Shown one piece after another: positions 47,903 to 56,894 of a DNA stretch of 64,000 bases; position 1 is the first letter of the stretch; each line of letters begins with the position of its first letter. The notes beneath the pieces are model-generated. The model was not told the origin of the DNA, ran no database searches, and saw nothing but the letters and a program-made list of their open reading frames with translations. Origin of the DNA: a virus; the IMG/VR virus record IMGVR_UViG_3300010222_000169; one strand, given 5' to 3'. The position numbers and the translations under genes were made by a program.

Positions 47903-49549
47903 TTAGTTAGTCGTCCGAATGAGCGAGGGGGCAGGAGTCCCCGACTCGTCTTCCGCGTTACCACTGGCCGCCCACGCCGCCATCACGAGCGCATCGAAGC
48001 TGTCCGGCGAGTGGCCCAGACGTTCCTTCACATTGGCTTTCGGGGTCGCCTGGATCACGTCGCCCGAGCGCCGTCGGTTCTCCTCGTACTCGATGACGCG
48101 CGCCGCCGCGAACAGCTCTTCCCGGATGTCGGTGTCGCCGCGCTGGTCGACCGCCAGGCCCGAGAGTCGGTCGCCGAGTGCGGCAAGACCTTCGGTCCAC
48201 TTGTCGTAGTACTCGTCTTGGCCCGCGTCGGTGTCGGGCTTCGTGCCGTTTTTGAATCGGTGGACGTCCGGGTAAGCCTCTTGGAGGTCGTCAGCGAGCC
48301 CCGACCCTTCGCCGACCGCGTCGATCGCGATTGGTGGTAGCGTCGGTTCGGCGTCGAGTAGATCCCGAATCTTCGTCTCATTGTCTGGGTGGCGAGTGTC
48401 GGACCACTCTTCGGAGTCAGTGTAGTTGGGGAACAGACGCCGGTAGACCGTCTTGTCGCCGCCCTTACGGGCGACGTCGATCCCGACCCCGAGCAGCGGA
48501 GTGGGGTTGGGCGGGCGAGCGTTCTCGTCGACTGCCTTTTTTACGTCGTCGATATAAAAAGGGCGATAGGCGGCGGCACCCTCTTTCGGTATCACGCCCG
48601 CCCGTCGCCGATACCAGTCGACTGCGAGGTCATTGCGGTCCTCGTGAGCCGTCCGAGCGATCTCGTAGCCGGGCCGCAGCCACTCAAGGAGCCGCTCGCG
48701 GTCAAGGGCATCCTGCTCAACGCGGTCGGTGAGGACATCGACACCTGGATAGGGCTCGCCGAGCTCGTCCGCCGGGTAGGCCTGCAGCACTTGTGGCCAG
48801 GGATCGTCGTGCCACTCCTCCCAGTCCTCGGCGATCGTCGGAAGGTCGACCAGGCCCGGGAGGCGCTCGTCGTCGAGTTCGCCGGCGTCGACGCGTACAT
48901 TGTGAGACTCGAAACTCGAGAACTGGATGACGCTCCACTGGTCGGACTGCATCTTCTGGTAGACGACGCCCGTCTCGTCCTCCGGCGGGTTCGCCACCGC
49001 GAGCATCCGGTCCTCGGCGGATGTGACCGTCGATCGCGAGCTCGAAAAGTGCTCCTCGGTGATGTACTTCTTGTCGGCCTCCTCGATGACGACGATCGTC
49101 TGCTCGGCGTGGCGGCCCTCAAGCTCGCCCGGATCGCGTGGCGCGACCACCCGGAAGAACCAGTCGTCGTCGATCTCGAGGCGGGGTTGCTGACCAGTGA
49201 GAGCTTTGCCGGGGATCCGGTAGCGCTGCTGGGCCCGCTCGAAGAGGTTCTTCATCGGCCGCCACATGCCGTCGATGAACTGCGAGTACGACCCAGAGGT
49301 ACCGAGGCCCGTGGCGTCCGTGTTCGTACACATGAACGCGTCGACTGCGATCGCGACGCCGTAGGATTTGCCGGGCCCGTTGCCCGAAACCACAAGTGTC
49401 CGTTTGTTCTCCGCCAGCGACCGGAGGATTCGCTTTTGTGTGGCAGTGAGGCGGACACCGAGCACATCCTCGGCGAATCGTACGTACCGGTCGGCCCCCT
49501 CGGTGTAGGTATTCGAGGGCCCCATCGGGCTCGGCTTGGTCGTGCTCAT
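47903..49549 (-). CDS. terL: Terminase large subunit
   Basis: SGNGPGKS, VVIEEAD, GIDVARKGGD, IAIDAVG, SPDSFDA. Confidence 0.93.
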   Translation of the reverse strand: MSTTKPSPMGPSNTYTEGADRYVRFAEDVLGVRLTATQKRILRSLAENKRTLVVSGNGPGKSYGVAIAVDAFMCTNTDATGLGTSGSYSQFIDGMWRPMKNLFERAQQRYRIPGKALTGQQPRLEIDDDWFFRVVAPRDPGELEGRHAEQTIVVIEEADKKYITEEHFSSSRSTVTSAEDRMLAVANPPEDETGVVYQKMQSDQWSVIQFSSFESHNVRVDAGELDDERLPGLVDLPTIAEDWEEWHDDPWPQVLQAYPADELGEPYPGVDVLTDRVEQDALDRERLLEWLRPGYEIARTAHEDRNDLAVDWYRRRAGVIPKEGAAAYRPFYIDDVKKAVDENARPPNPTPLLGVGIDVARKGGDKTVYRRLFPNYTDSEEWSDTRHPDNETKIRDLLDAEPTLPPIAIDAVGEGSGLADDLQEAYPDVHRFKNGTKPDTDAGQDEYYDKWTEGLAALGDRLSGLAVDQRGDTDIREELFAAARVIEYEENRRRSGDVIQATPKANVKERLGHSPDSFDALVMAAWAASGNAEDESGTPAPSLIRTTN

Positions 49550-49552
49550 GGA

Positions 49553-50107
49553 TCACTGGGACTCAGAGCCGTCAAGGTACTGTCGCCAGGCCTCGGCATC
49601 GTCTACCGCGACGTGCTGGGTCGCGTCGACGAGGTTGAACTCCGAACACAGCTGGCGGTACTCCCGGAGAAAGCGGTGGTCACCGGTCCGCTGGAACTTG
49701 GTGTACGCCTTGGCAGCGATCCTCGCCATCTCCTCTTTCTTCGCCGTATTGTCGTCGCCAGCGAGCGTATCGCCGAGGTCGTTAACGGCGTCGACCTCCC
49801 GGTCGCTTATGTCCGATTCGAAGTACCGCGAGAAGGCGCCGTTCTTGTAGTTGCCGTTATCCTCGCCTATGGGGCCGCCGCCGCTACCACCATGATGATC
49901 ACACTTCCCGCTACTGGTATCTTCGACACCCCAGCCAGATCGGAGGGTGCAGTACGGGAGGTCGTCCCGTTCACGTCCGTGCTCGGTCGGCGTCGTCTTC
50001 TCTGATTTCGTTGCCCCGCAGATCCGGTACTGTTTGTCTTCATCGGGATGGATTGGATGCCCGTCGTTGTCGGTGGGCGCGTCTGGGTGAACAATCCAAG
50101 TTGTCAT
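49553..50107 (-). CDS. Terminase small subunit-like protein
   Basis: CGA..., CDHHGG, GNYKNGAFS directly before TerL. Confidence 0.75.
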   Translation of the reverse strand: MTTWIVHPDAPTDNDGHPIHPDEDKQYRICGATKSEKTTPTEHGRERDDLPYCTLRSGWGVEDTSSGKCDHHGGSGGGPIGEDNGNYKNGAFSRYFESDISDREVDAVNDLGDTLAGDDNTAKKEEMARIAAKAYTKFQRTGDHRFLREYRQLCSEFNLVDATQHVAVDDAEAWRQYLDGSESQ

Positions 50108-50144
50108 GGGGTCGTTCGTCAGATCCGGGTTGTCATGGGGTCGA

Positions 50145-50441
50145 TCAAAGGTCAGGACCCAAGTTCGAAGGGGTAGGAGGTCCGGTTTGAGATGCCGTCG
50201 GGGCCTCTAGGTGACGCTGAGAGACGTCGCGATCGTGCTGGTCACCGAGGTGGCAGGTCGTGCAGAGACCGATCAGGTTCTTCTCGGCAGGATTGCGTTT
50301 GCGCTCGTCGAGATGGTGGACGTGGATCGTCGGGACCTCTTCCCGCGGTCGACCACACCCGGGACAGCGATAGGAGGACTTGTCGCGATCACGCCAGAAG
50401 ACGTCTTTCGACGCCTGCCGGGGATCGTTCTGGCGTGGCAT
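50145..50441 (-). CDS. HNH endonuclease next to terminase (gp74-like)
   Basis: CPGC...HVHH..N...NLIGLCTTCH. Confidence 0.85.
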   Translation of the reverse strand: MPRQNDPRQASKDVFWRDRDKSSYRCPGCGRPREEVPTIHVHHLDERKRNPAEKNLIGLCTTCHLGDQHDRDVSQRHLEAPTASQTGPPTPSNLGPDL

Positions 50442-50442
50442 C

Positions 50443-50625
50443 TCAGGACAGGAGGTCGTACGCGCAGTCGGGACAGAGCGTGATCGTGTCGCCCAAGTCA
50501 TACCCCATCGCTTTCAAATCGTCACCCATCGGTGTCGACGTGAAGACGCGCTCGGAGAACTGGCCCATCAGCATCGGGTACTGTCCCTCGTGATCGCAGC
50601 CGTCGCAGTCGTATTCGTACACCAT
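50443..50625 (-). CDS. Small Zn-binding protein
   Basis: CDGC...CPDC. Confidence 0.65.
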   Translation of the reverse strand: MVYEYDCDGCDHEGQYPMLMGQFSERVFTSTPMGDDLKAMGYDLGDTITLCPDCAYDLLS

Positions 50626-50782
50626 GATTACTGCTTCCGGAGCGCGACCGGGCGATCGTTCACGAGCAACACGAACGAGCCTGGCCCCGCGTCGGGAGAG
50701 GGGTCTGTCGGCATCGAAAGGGTGCTCGCCGCGAGGAGTCGAACTCGCGCCTCGCCCTGGCCAAGCGGACTGCCGCCGTGAG

Positions 50783-51214
50783 TTATCGCTCGCCCCGCAC
50801 TTCGTCCCCGAATTTCTCGAACAGCGCCGCCACGAGACTGTCGCCCTCGCTACCGAGAACGTCAGCCACGTACCGGCCGTACTTCCCACTGTCCTGAAGC
50901 GTGTAGATCCGGAGCGGCCAGTGGTCGTCGAGATCGGCGCGGACGGCGTCGTCGAGCCACTCCTCGACGAACCGCGTGTGGGCCATCCCGCGTTCGTACT
51001 CGTCGGAAGTGTCGTGGACGCCGTAGATTTCAGCGGTGTCGACGCCATAGAGCCGGAGTCGGACGTCCCGGTAGGCGCGGAAGCCGAGGTCGGCCGTGAC
51101 GTCAAGCGTGTCGCCGTCGACCACGCCGAGGTCGTGACGCGAGCCGTCGGGCCGGGCGCGGAAGTGCCAAACGCTCGATTCGGGCGGAAGCTGGCCGTAG
51201 GTGTTGTCTGTCAT
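50783..51214 (-). CDS. Thermonuclease (SNase) family protein
   Basis: VVDGDTL, RLRLYGVDTAE, GKYGRYVA. Confidence 0.88.
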   Translation of the reverse strand: MTDNTYGQLPPESSVWHFRARPDGSRHDLGVVDGDTLDVTADLGFRAYRDVRLRLYGVDTAEIYGVHDTSDEYERGMAHTRFVEEWLDDAVRADLDDHWPLRIYTLQDSGKYGRYVADVLGSEGDSLVAALFEKFGDEVRGER

Positions 51215-51219
51215 GGTTA

Positions 51220-51507
51220 TCAAAGTAGTGGACCGAGAGCGAACCACCCGACGAGAAGACCTCCCGCGAAGTACCACGGCTCCGAGCGGATCTCGTCGAG
51301 TGCCTCCGTCCGGTTGGTCTTCGCGACGCCACGAGTGCCGATCGCCGCTGCGAGACACGCCGGGACGGCCCACGTCGCGCCGAACGCCACCGACGCGACA
51401 CCCACGACGAGACCCAGGAGGACGGCGTGGTACTCACTGTACGTGCTTAGAGGGCCTTGGTACGGCCCCGTCTCGCGCTTGGTCGGAAGCAACTCGCGGA
51501 AAGTCAT
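51220..51507 (-). CDS. Membrane protein
   Basis: Two to three hydrophobic segments. Confidence 0.7.
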   Translation of the reverse strand: MTFRELLPTKRETGPYQGPLSTYSEYHAVLLGLVVGVASVAFGATWAVPACLAAAIGTRGVAKTNRTEALDEIRSEPWYFAGGLLVGWFALGPLL

Positions 51508-51875
51508 GTCTCTCGCTCGGCGTCCTCAATCGAGACGCGATCGCTCTGGCGGGCGGCCGCCTCAACCTCGCGGCGGCGGACCTCGGGCATCAAACCCGTG
51601 CTGAAGTAAACGACGAGGAGTTGGACGCCGATCCAGCAAATCCACAGCCCAGTCTCGTATGGCGACGGCGAGACGTATGGCTGGGCGTAGATCCACAGCG
51701 AAGCAACGGCCGAGAAGACCGCGGTGATAGCGTTTGGCGTCACATACCGCCAGCTGCAAGGGGGATCACCCATTGCGATCGGCAGCACCCTCAAATAAAT
51801 CACCGCAGTCGACGAGACGACGAAGGCCGCCGCCGGGAGGGCAAGCCCGAGCTGAACGATCGGTTGGCTACTCAT
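51504..51875 (-). CDS. Membrane protein
   Basis: Three hydrophobic segments; 4-nt overlaps. Confidence 0.7.
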   Translation of the reverse strand: MSSQPIVQLGLALPAAAFVVSSTAVIYLRVLPIAMGDPPCSWRYVTPNAITAVFSAVASLWIYAQPYVSPSPYETGLWICWIGVQLLVVYFSTGLMPEVRRREVEAAARQSDRVSIEDAERET

Positions 51876-52191
51876 CGTCGGACGAATCCTCGGTCGGCTG
51901 GTCCTCGATACGATCGACGATGCGAACGCGCTTGCCGTCGGCGAGTGTGTCCCCGCCCGAGGCGATGTCGTCCGTCGAGCCTTCGTCCGGGGCGTCGCCG
52001 ATGCCCCACAGCTTGGCCGCGGCCTCGGCCACGCCGAGCGCGGCGAGGATGATCACGGCCAAGAGAAAGACGAAGTTCCAGCCAGGGAGTGTCGCCGATT
52101 CTTGGACGATGGCCGCGACGAAGCCGACCGCTAGCGCGCCGGCGAGGATGGTGGCGACGATCGCGCGGGCGGGATCGAGGTATCGTGTCAT
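51868..52191 (-). CDS. Two-TM membrane protein (holin-like candidate)
   Basis: Two hydrophobic helices plus acidic tail. Confidence 0.65.
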   Translation of the reverse strand: MTRYLDPARAIVATILAGALAVGFVAAIVQESATLPGWNFVFLLAVIILAALGVAEAAAKLWGIGDAPDEGSTDDIASGGDTLADGKRVRIVDRIEDQPTEDSSDDE

Positions 52192-52477
52192 TGTGTGGTG
52201 TCATTGTTGAGATAGTGCATTCCGGGATTCGGTGTCGAAAGCGCGAGTGCGAGCCGGGGGTGTGTCCGAGGGCGTGACCCCTCGCCGGTGGATAGCGTTG
52301 CGTTGCCGAGGCGCGGCCCGAGCCCGACCCGCGTGGCCGCGGATGGGCGGACCGTCGTCCCGGACTCGAAGCGGGAGAGAAAAGCCCCCGCTGCGGTCCG
52401 TTGCGTGGCTAGAGAGGAGCCGTTGGGGGAAGCGGTGGGTTGCGGCGTGGCTAGCGCCGCAGGTCGCCCGGAGCGGG

Positions 52478-52702
52478 TCAGCCGACCACCGCGTCCGGGC
52501 TGATCACGACCGCGCCGGCCTCGGTCGCGACGTGCAGCTGAAGGCGGGGTCGCAGCCCCGAACAGTCGAGCGACACCCGGCGGAGCTCGGCGTCGATCAC
52601 GCGACCGGCGACGAGTACCGAGAGCGTGTCGCCCACGCGATCGCGGTAGTCCCGGTGATCGCGCGTGGGGTGCGGTCGGGACGTGGTTGGCTCGGTACTC
52701 AT
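52478..52702 (-). CDS. Hypothetical protein
   Basis: ATGA coupling to upstream gene. Confidence 0.55.
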   Translation of the reverse strand: MSTEPTTSRPHPTRDHRDYRDRVGDTLSVLVAGRVIDAELRRVSLDCSGLRPRLQLHVATEAGAVVISPDAVVG

Positions 52703-53445
52703 GGATCAGCGTCGGGTCGCCGCATGGCGGGCGCAGTCCACTGGTGGTGTTCGAGGCGGTCCTCGTCGGATGGTGCCGGGAGGGCGCGTCGTCGTTGGTT
52801 CGGGACCGACAACAGGTCCGCGAACGAGTAGTGATGCGAATCGAGCGATCGCCCTGCCGCCTCGTCGAAGTTCGAATCGTCGCGTCGGCCACCGTCCGGT
52901 GTCCGTTTCCGGAAGGCGAGATAGAACGCGAGGAGCAGCGGGTTGTGGACGATCTCCTTTCGCGTCAGCGTCTCCGAGAGGTTCCAGGCGAACTCGACCG
53001 CGACCTCCTTGCGAAGTGGACGGATACGTGCTCGCCCGATCCGGCCGCACTGACACGCTCGTGGTGGGTTCTCGCACGGCTCGCCGGCTCCGTACTCGCT
53101 TTCGGTAGTGCCGTTCGAGGGGATGAAGTATCGCACGAGTCCTTTCGAGACCTTCGCCTTCCACGAGTGGGGGAGGACGACATCGTAGTTCTTCAGAAAA
53201 CACGACGAACAGATCTCTACATCGCGCTGGATCTCGTCGCGAAAGACGCCTTCATCGTCGATCTCCGCATCGATGTCGGCCTCCTCGTCCCGATCGTCAG
53301 TGGTTTCACTTCGATGGAGGGGTGTGTCGGTGGTGGGGACCGATGATGAGGGAGCGTAGCCCGCGCCGTCGGCGAGCAGCGAGTCGTGTTCGTCGGGCGT
53401 CCACCGATACGCGCCGCTCAGAGTGCTGGATTCTGATTCGCTCAT
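52699..53445 (-). CDS. Cys-containing hypothetical protein, first gene of the minus-strand block
   Basis: CSSC...C...CQC. Confidence 0.65.
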   Translation of the reverse strand: MSESESSTLSGAYRWTPDEHDSLLADGAGYAPSSSVPTTDTPLHRSETTDDRDEEADIDAEIDDEGVFRDEIQRDVEICSSCFLKNYDVVLPHSWKAKVSKGLVRYFIPSNGTTESEYGAGEPCENPPRACQCGRIGRARIRPLRKEVAVEFAWNLSETLTRKEIVHNPLLLAFYLAFRKRTPDGGRRDDSNFDEAAGRSLDSHHYSFADLLSVPNQRRRALPAPSDEDRLEHHQWTAPAMRRPDADP

Positions 53446-53527
53446 AGGAAGGGGATGCCGGTGGCTGGTAAACGGAGCTCCCCAACCACCGGGCTGGGAA
53501 GTTGGCTACAATAGGTCCCGGAGGGGT

Positions 53528-53586
53528 CTTAAAATGTAAGGTGGATATCGTTATACGAGAGGGTATCGAAAAATGGGAGGGTATCG
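53528..53586 (-). promoter_or_regulatory. TATA box with three upstream direct repeats at 18-bp period
   Basis: TATCG at 53546, 53564, 53582 (two as GAGGGTATCG); TTTTAAG on minus strand at 53534-53528. Confidence 0.55.
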
Positions 53587-53630
53587 TTTACCGGCAGTTG
53601 TTCGATTTTGGGCGCAGGCCTTCTCGGTCG

Positions 53631-53774
53631 TCACTCATCTTCAACATCCTCCAGCTCGTCCAAGCCGACATTGATGATCTGTTTGTAGGCCTCCTCGGTC
53701 GTGAGGTCGTGTTTAACCGCGTAGTCTTTCACACGCCCATTTAGCTGATGGCTGATTTGGATGTTCGGTCGCAT
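53631..53774 (-). CDS. Small ribbon-helix-helix-like regulator
   Basis: MRPNIQISHQLNGRVKDYA..., divergent from csf1. Confidence 0.75.
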   Translation of the reverse strand: MRPNIQISHQLNGRVKDYAVKHDLTTEEAYKQIINVGLDELEDVEDE

Positions 53775-53913
53775 AGTTTCCCCGATCTCCCGCCGTCCAT
53801 TAGACATACCGATCTTCCATCTGCGAGACAATGCGACAGGCAGCCGGTTAGATGTTTTGTCTGTTTGTCCGGTGCCTTAATGGACACGGAGACAGAAACC
53901 AAATGCGGTAGCA

Positions 53914-54675
53914 ATGTCCACACAGGAGCTGCAGGCCGTCCCGTCAGCGACACACCTGGTGTTCGCAGGCCGACCGGACGACGAGACGCGTACCGAGTGG
54001 AAGGAGCGCGGCGAACCGGGAACCTGCGTGTTCTGCGCTCACGAAGGCCCGACAGTCCAAGCCGAGGAGGTGATCAACCGCAAGTATTTCAACAACGACG
54101 ACTACGCCGACGCGCCGTACTCGGACCGGGTTTGCGTCGCCTGTGCATACTGCATGGGCGAGAGCCGGGTCAAGCAAGCTCACTGGATCGCGACCGAAGA
54201 CGACTTCGAGCGCGTCTCGACGGGCGACCTCCGGGACCTCTTCAACGCCATCGAGGCTGGCGAGAGCGACCACGACCCGCCGTTGGCACTGAAGATCGCC
54301 GACGACCCGATCCGGTCGAGTCATGCCTACCTGTGGACGCCCGTTTCGTATACGACCGACCCGCTGCGCGTGTGCTACGATCGCTCGGCCGAGGAGGCAC
54401 TCGTCGAATGGGGGCTTCTCGACCAGCTCATTGAGGATATCGAGGAGCTCCGGTGGCACGGTTGCCGGCTGGACGACATCCGAGCGGGCGACCTCCGGGC
54501 CGGCGATCTTGAGTCGGTCGGGCGGGCGGCCTTCGACCGGATCCGCGACCGGACGATCCGTCCCCACTCGGGGACCGCGCTATTCGAGATCGCGATCACA
54601 CTCTCGCGGGCCGCCGACGATCAGGACCGCGACGAAACGACCGATGGGAACGCGACCCTCTCGAAGTTCGCGTGA
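53914..54675 (+). CDS. csf1: Type IV Cas8-like large subunit
   Basis: CVFC...VCVAC Zn site, size and position before cas11/csf2. Confidence 0.75.
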   Translation: MSTQELQAVPSATHLVFAGRPDDETRTEWKERGEPGTCVFCAHEGPTVQAEEVINRKYFNNDDYADAPYSDRVCVACAYCMGESRVKQAHWIATEDDFERVSTGDLRDLFNAIEAGESDHDPPLALKIADDPIRSSHAYLWTPVSYTTDPLRVCYDRSAEEALVEWGLLDQLIEDIEELRWHGCRLDDIRAGDLRAGDLESVGRAAFDRIRDRTIRPHSGTALFEIAITLSRAADDQDRDETTDGNATLSKFA

Positions 54676-55154
54676 CCGATCGAACCACTCAGACAATCAT
54701 AACCACTACTCAATCGATGGCCGATACCGACACCGATACCGACACGACGACCGACAGACCGACGACGGCGGCCGACCGACCGGACGCCTTCGAAATGATC
54801 GAGGATGCGGCGACGCTCGCGTATGGCGTCTACGGCAACGTCGACTGGGAGGCGATCGAGCAGACCGGCCGAAGTTTCGATGACGAGTTCGTGGGTTATC
54901 TGGAGGATGCAGCCTCCGTTCGCGGGACACTCACCGAGTTCCACCAAGAGCTCGCCGACTCATGCGAAGTCCGAGCGATCGACGGCGTCGACGGTCGGGC
55001 GCGCGAGATCGTCCGCAAGTATGACGCACAACCGGGCCGGATCGCCTCGCGGCGCTTCCTCCGGACGGTGCGTCGGAATCCGGGCCACGTCCTCCTCGAA
55101 ACGAAACATCAGCACGTCGACGGTGGCGGTGACGGCGGCGGGAGGGAAAGCTGA
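54672..55154 (+). CDS. cas11: Cas11-like small subunit
   Basis: Small alpha-helical ORF (VDW...F...AA...L.EF) between csf1 and csf2. Confidence 0.65.
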   Translation: MTDRTTQTIITTTQSMADTDTDTDTTTDRPTTAADRPDAFEMIEDAATLAYGVYGNVDWEAIEQTGRSFDDEFVGYLEDAASVRGTLTEFHQELADSCEVRAIDGVDGRAREIVRKYDAQPGRIASRRFLRTVRRNPGHVLLETKHQHVDGGGDGGGRES

Positions 55155-56092
55155 TGTCCGACGCTGGGTTCGCAGGCACCGGTATCGAGGGTGATGTCGT
55201 GGTGTCGATGGACGATGTTTCGCTTCCCGACGCGGACGCCGACCCCAGCGTCGAGTGGTTCAAAGGGCGGTATCGGGCCGAGTCCCAGATCGCCCACGGT
55301 GCCGACACCGGCGGCGGGATCACACAACGGTTCCGGACGACGCAGGTCGACGTCACGGATCCCGAGACGGGCGAGCAGTACAGCGACGACGTGCCCTACA
55401 TCTCGGGGAACAGCTTCCGCGGGTACCTCCGGGACCTGCTGGCCGAGGACTACCTCCGACTGCTCGCACCGGGCGAGGACGACGCACCGATCGAACTGAG
55501 CGACGCGCTGTTCAACACGCTGTGGAGCGGCGGCACGCTCGAACGCGGCACCGGGCCAGGGAAGCTCCGGCGGTCGATGATCGAGGACGTCCGCGAGCAC
55601 ATCCCGATGTTGTCGCTGCTCGGCGCGGCCTGCGGGACCGAGATCTGGGAGGGGCGGCTCAAGGCCGGCCAGATCTGGCCGGTCTGTCTCGAAACGCGAG
55701 ATCTGACGGGTATTGACGCGACGCGATCAGTGTACGGCAACTACTACGGCGTCGAGTTCAACACCCGGACGGACGACCGCGAGGGGTCGCGCGAGGAAGG
55801 CGATGCCGTCTCTCAAATGCGGTTCCGGGTTCACGTCCTGATCGCCCAGACGCCGTTCGCCCACCGGATTGGGCTCAAGGGCGCGGGTGAGATCGAGCGG
55901 GCCTGTCTGGGTCGTGCGATGGAGCTGTTCGCGGCCCAGCCGCACCTCGGCGGGATGAGCGCGCGCGGCTACGGCGAGGTGTCCTTCGAGTACGATCACC
56001 TCCCCGACGCCAACCCGTACGTCGAGTACGTCCGCGACAACCGCGACGAGCTGCGGGAGTTCGTCGCCGAACTGGACGAGGATCTCTCATAG
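55154..56092 (+). CDS. csf2: Type IV Cas7 backbone RAMP
   Basis: IAHG, VPYISGNSFRGYLR, LWSGG, PMLSLLG, GRLKAGQIWPVC, G-loop HLGGMSARGYG. Confidence 0.92.
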   Translation: MSDAGFAGTGIEGDVVVSMDDVSLPDADADPSVEWFKGRYRAESQIAHGADTGGGITQRFRTTQVDVTDPETGEQYSDDVPYISGNSFRGYLRDLLAEDYLRLLAPGEDDAPIELSDALFNTLWSGGTLERGTGPGKLRRSMIEDVREHIPMLSLLGAACGTEIWEGRLKAGQIWPVCLETRDLTGIDATRSVYGNYYGVEFNTRTDDREGSREEGDAVSQMRFRVHVLIAQTPFAHRIGLKGAGEIERACLGRAMELFAAQPHLGGMSARGYGEVSFEYDHLPDANPYVEYVRDNRDELREFVAELDEDLS

Positions 56093-56096
56093 ACCG

Positions 56097-56894
56097 ATGA
56101 CGTCCGACCATCGGACGGTCTACATGGCGGTGTTCGACCTCTCGGGGCCGCCGGCGTCGTCAGACAAGTTCATCCACTTCGATGGCGTCCTCTCGTTCGC
56201 GGCGGCGGTCGAGTCGGTCGGCTACGACGGCCTCGATGAACTCGACGACGGTGGCGAGCCCGAGTACTGGGCCGACGAGATGCCACTCCGGAAGGTCGAG
56301 GTCGGCGACGACTGGGTCTGGGCGGCGTCGGCGCTGTTCGCGCCCGTCGCAGACGACGACGGTGACCCCCAGGAGCCGCCGGAGTGGACGACCGAGCGCT
56401 GGCGCTCGCGCTTCGATCACGTCGCCAAGCACCAGCGCCGAGACACGCAGGTCGCGGTCACGTCGGGGCCGTTCAAGAGCTACAACGCGGCCCAGCCCCG
56501 AGCCGTCACGGATACGGCCCGCTTCTTCTTCGAGGTGGCCGACGACGCCGGGCCGGAGGACGTCGCCGGGCTCCTCTCGGCGCACATCACCCACATCGGC
56601 GCGAAGTCGTCACAGGGCTTCGGCCACATCAACGACTTCGAGATTCACGACGTGACTGGGAGCGTGCCGTCGGCGCTGTTCAGTAGCGGCTGTGTGCTTC
56701 GGTCGCTGCCGGTGTCGTTCGCCGATCACATCCCGAGCGGGGCGTACTTCGAGGATCGGACGACGCGGCCGCCCTACTGGCACGCCGCGAATCAGGAGCT
56801 CGCGTTCCCGCCGTTCGTCGAGGTCGACACCGACGTCCTCCGCGACGAGCTGGGCATCGAGCCGATCGGCGAGAGTGGCGGGGTGGTCGCCTGA
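56097..56894 (+). CDS. csf3: Type IV Cas5 RAMP
   Basis: HFDGVL, MPL, WAAS, SGPFKSY, G-loop IGAKSSQGFG, RPPYW. Confidence 0.88.
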   Translation: MTSDHRTVYMAVFDLSGPPASSDKFIHFDGVLSFAAAVESVGYDGLDELDDGGEPEYWADEMPLRKVEVGDDWVWAASALFAPVADDDGDPQEPPEWTTERWRSRFDHVAKHQRRDTQVAVTSGPFKSYNAAQPRAVTDTARFFFEVADDAGPEDVAGLLSAHITHIGAKSSQGFGHINDFEIHDVTGSVPSALFSSGCVLRSLPVSFADHIPSGAYFEDRTTRPPYWHAANQELAFPPFVEVDTDVLRDELGIEPIGESGGVVA

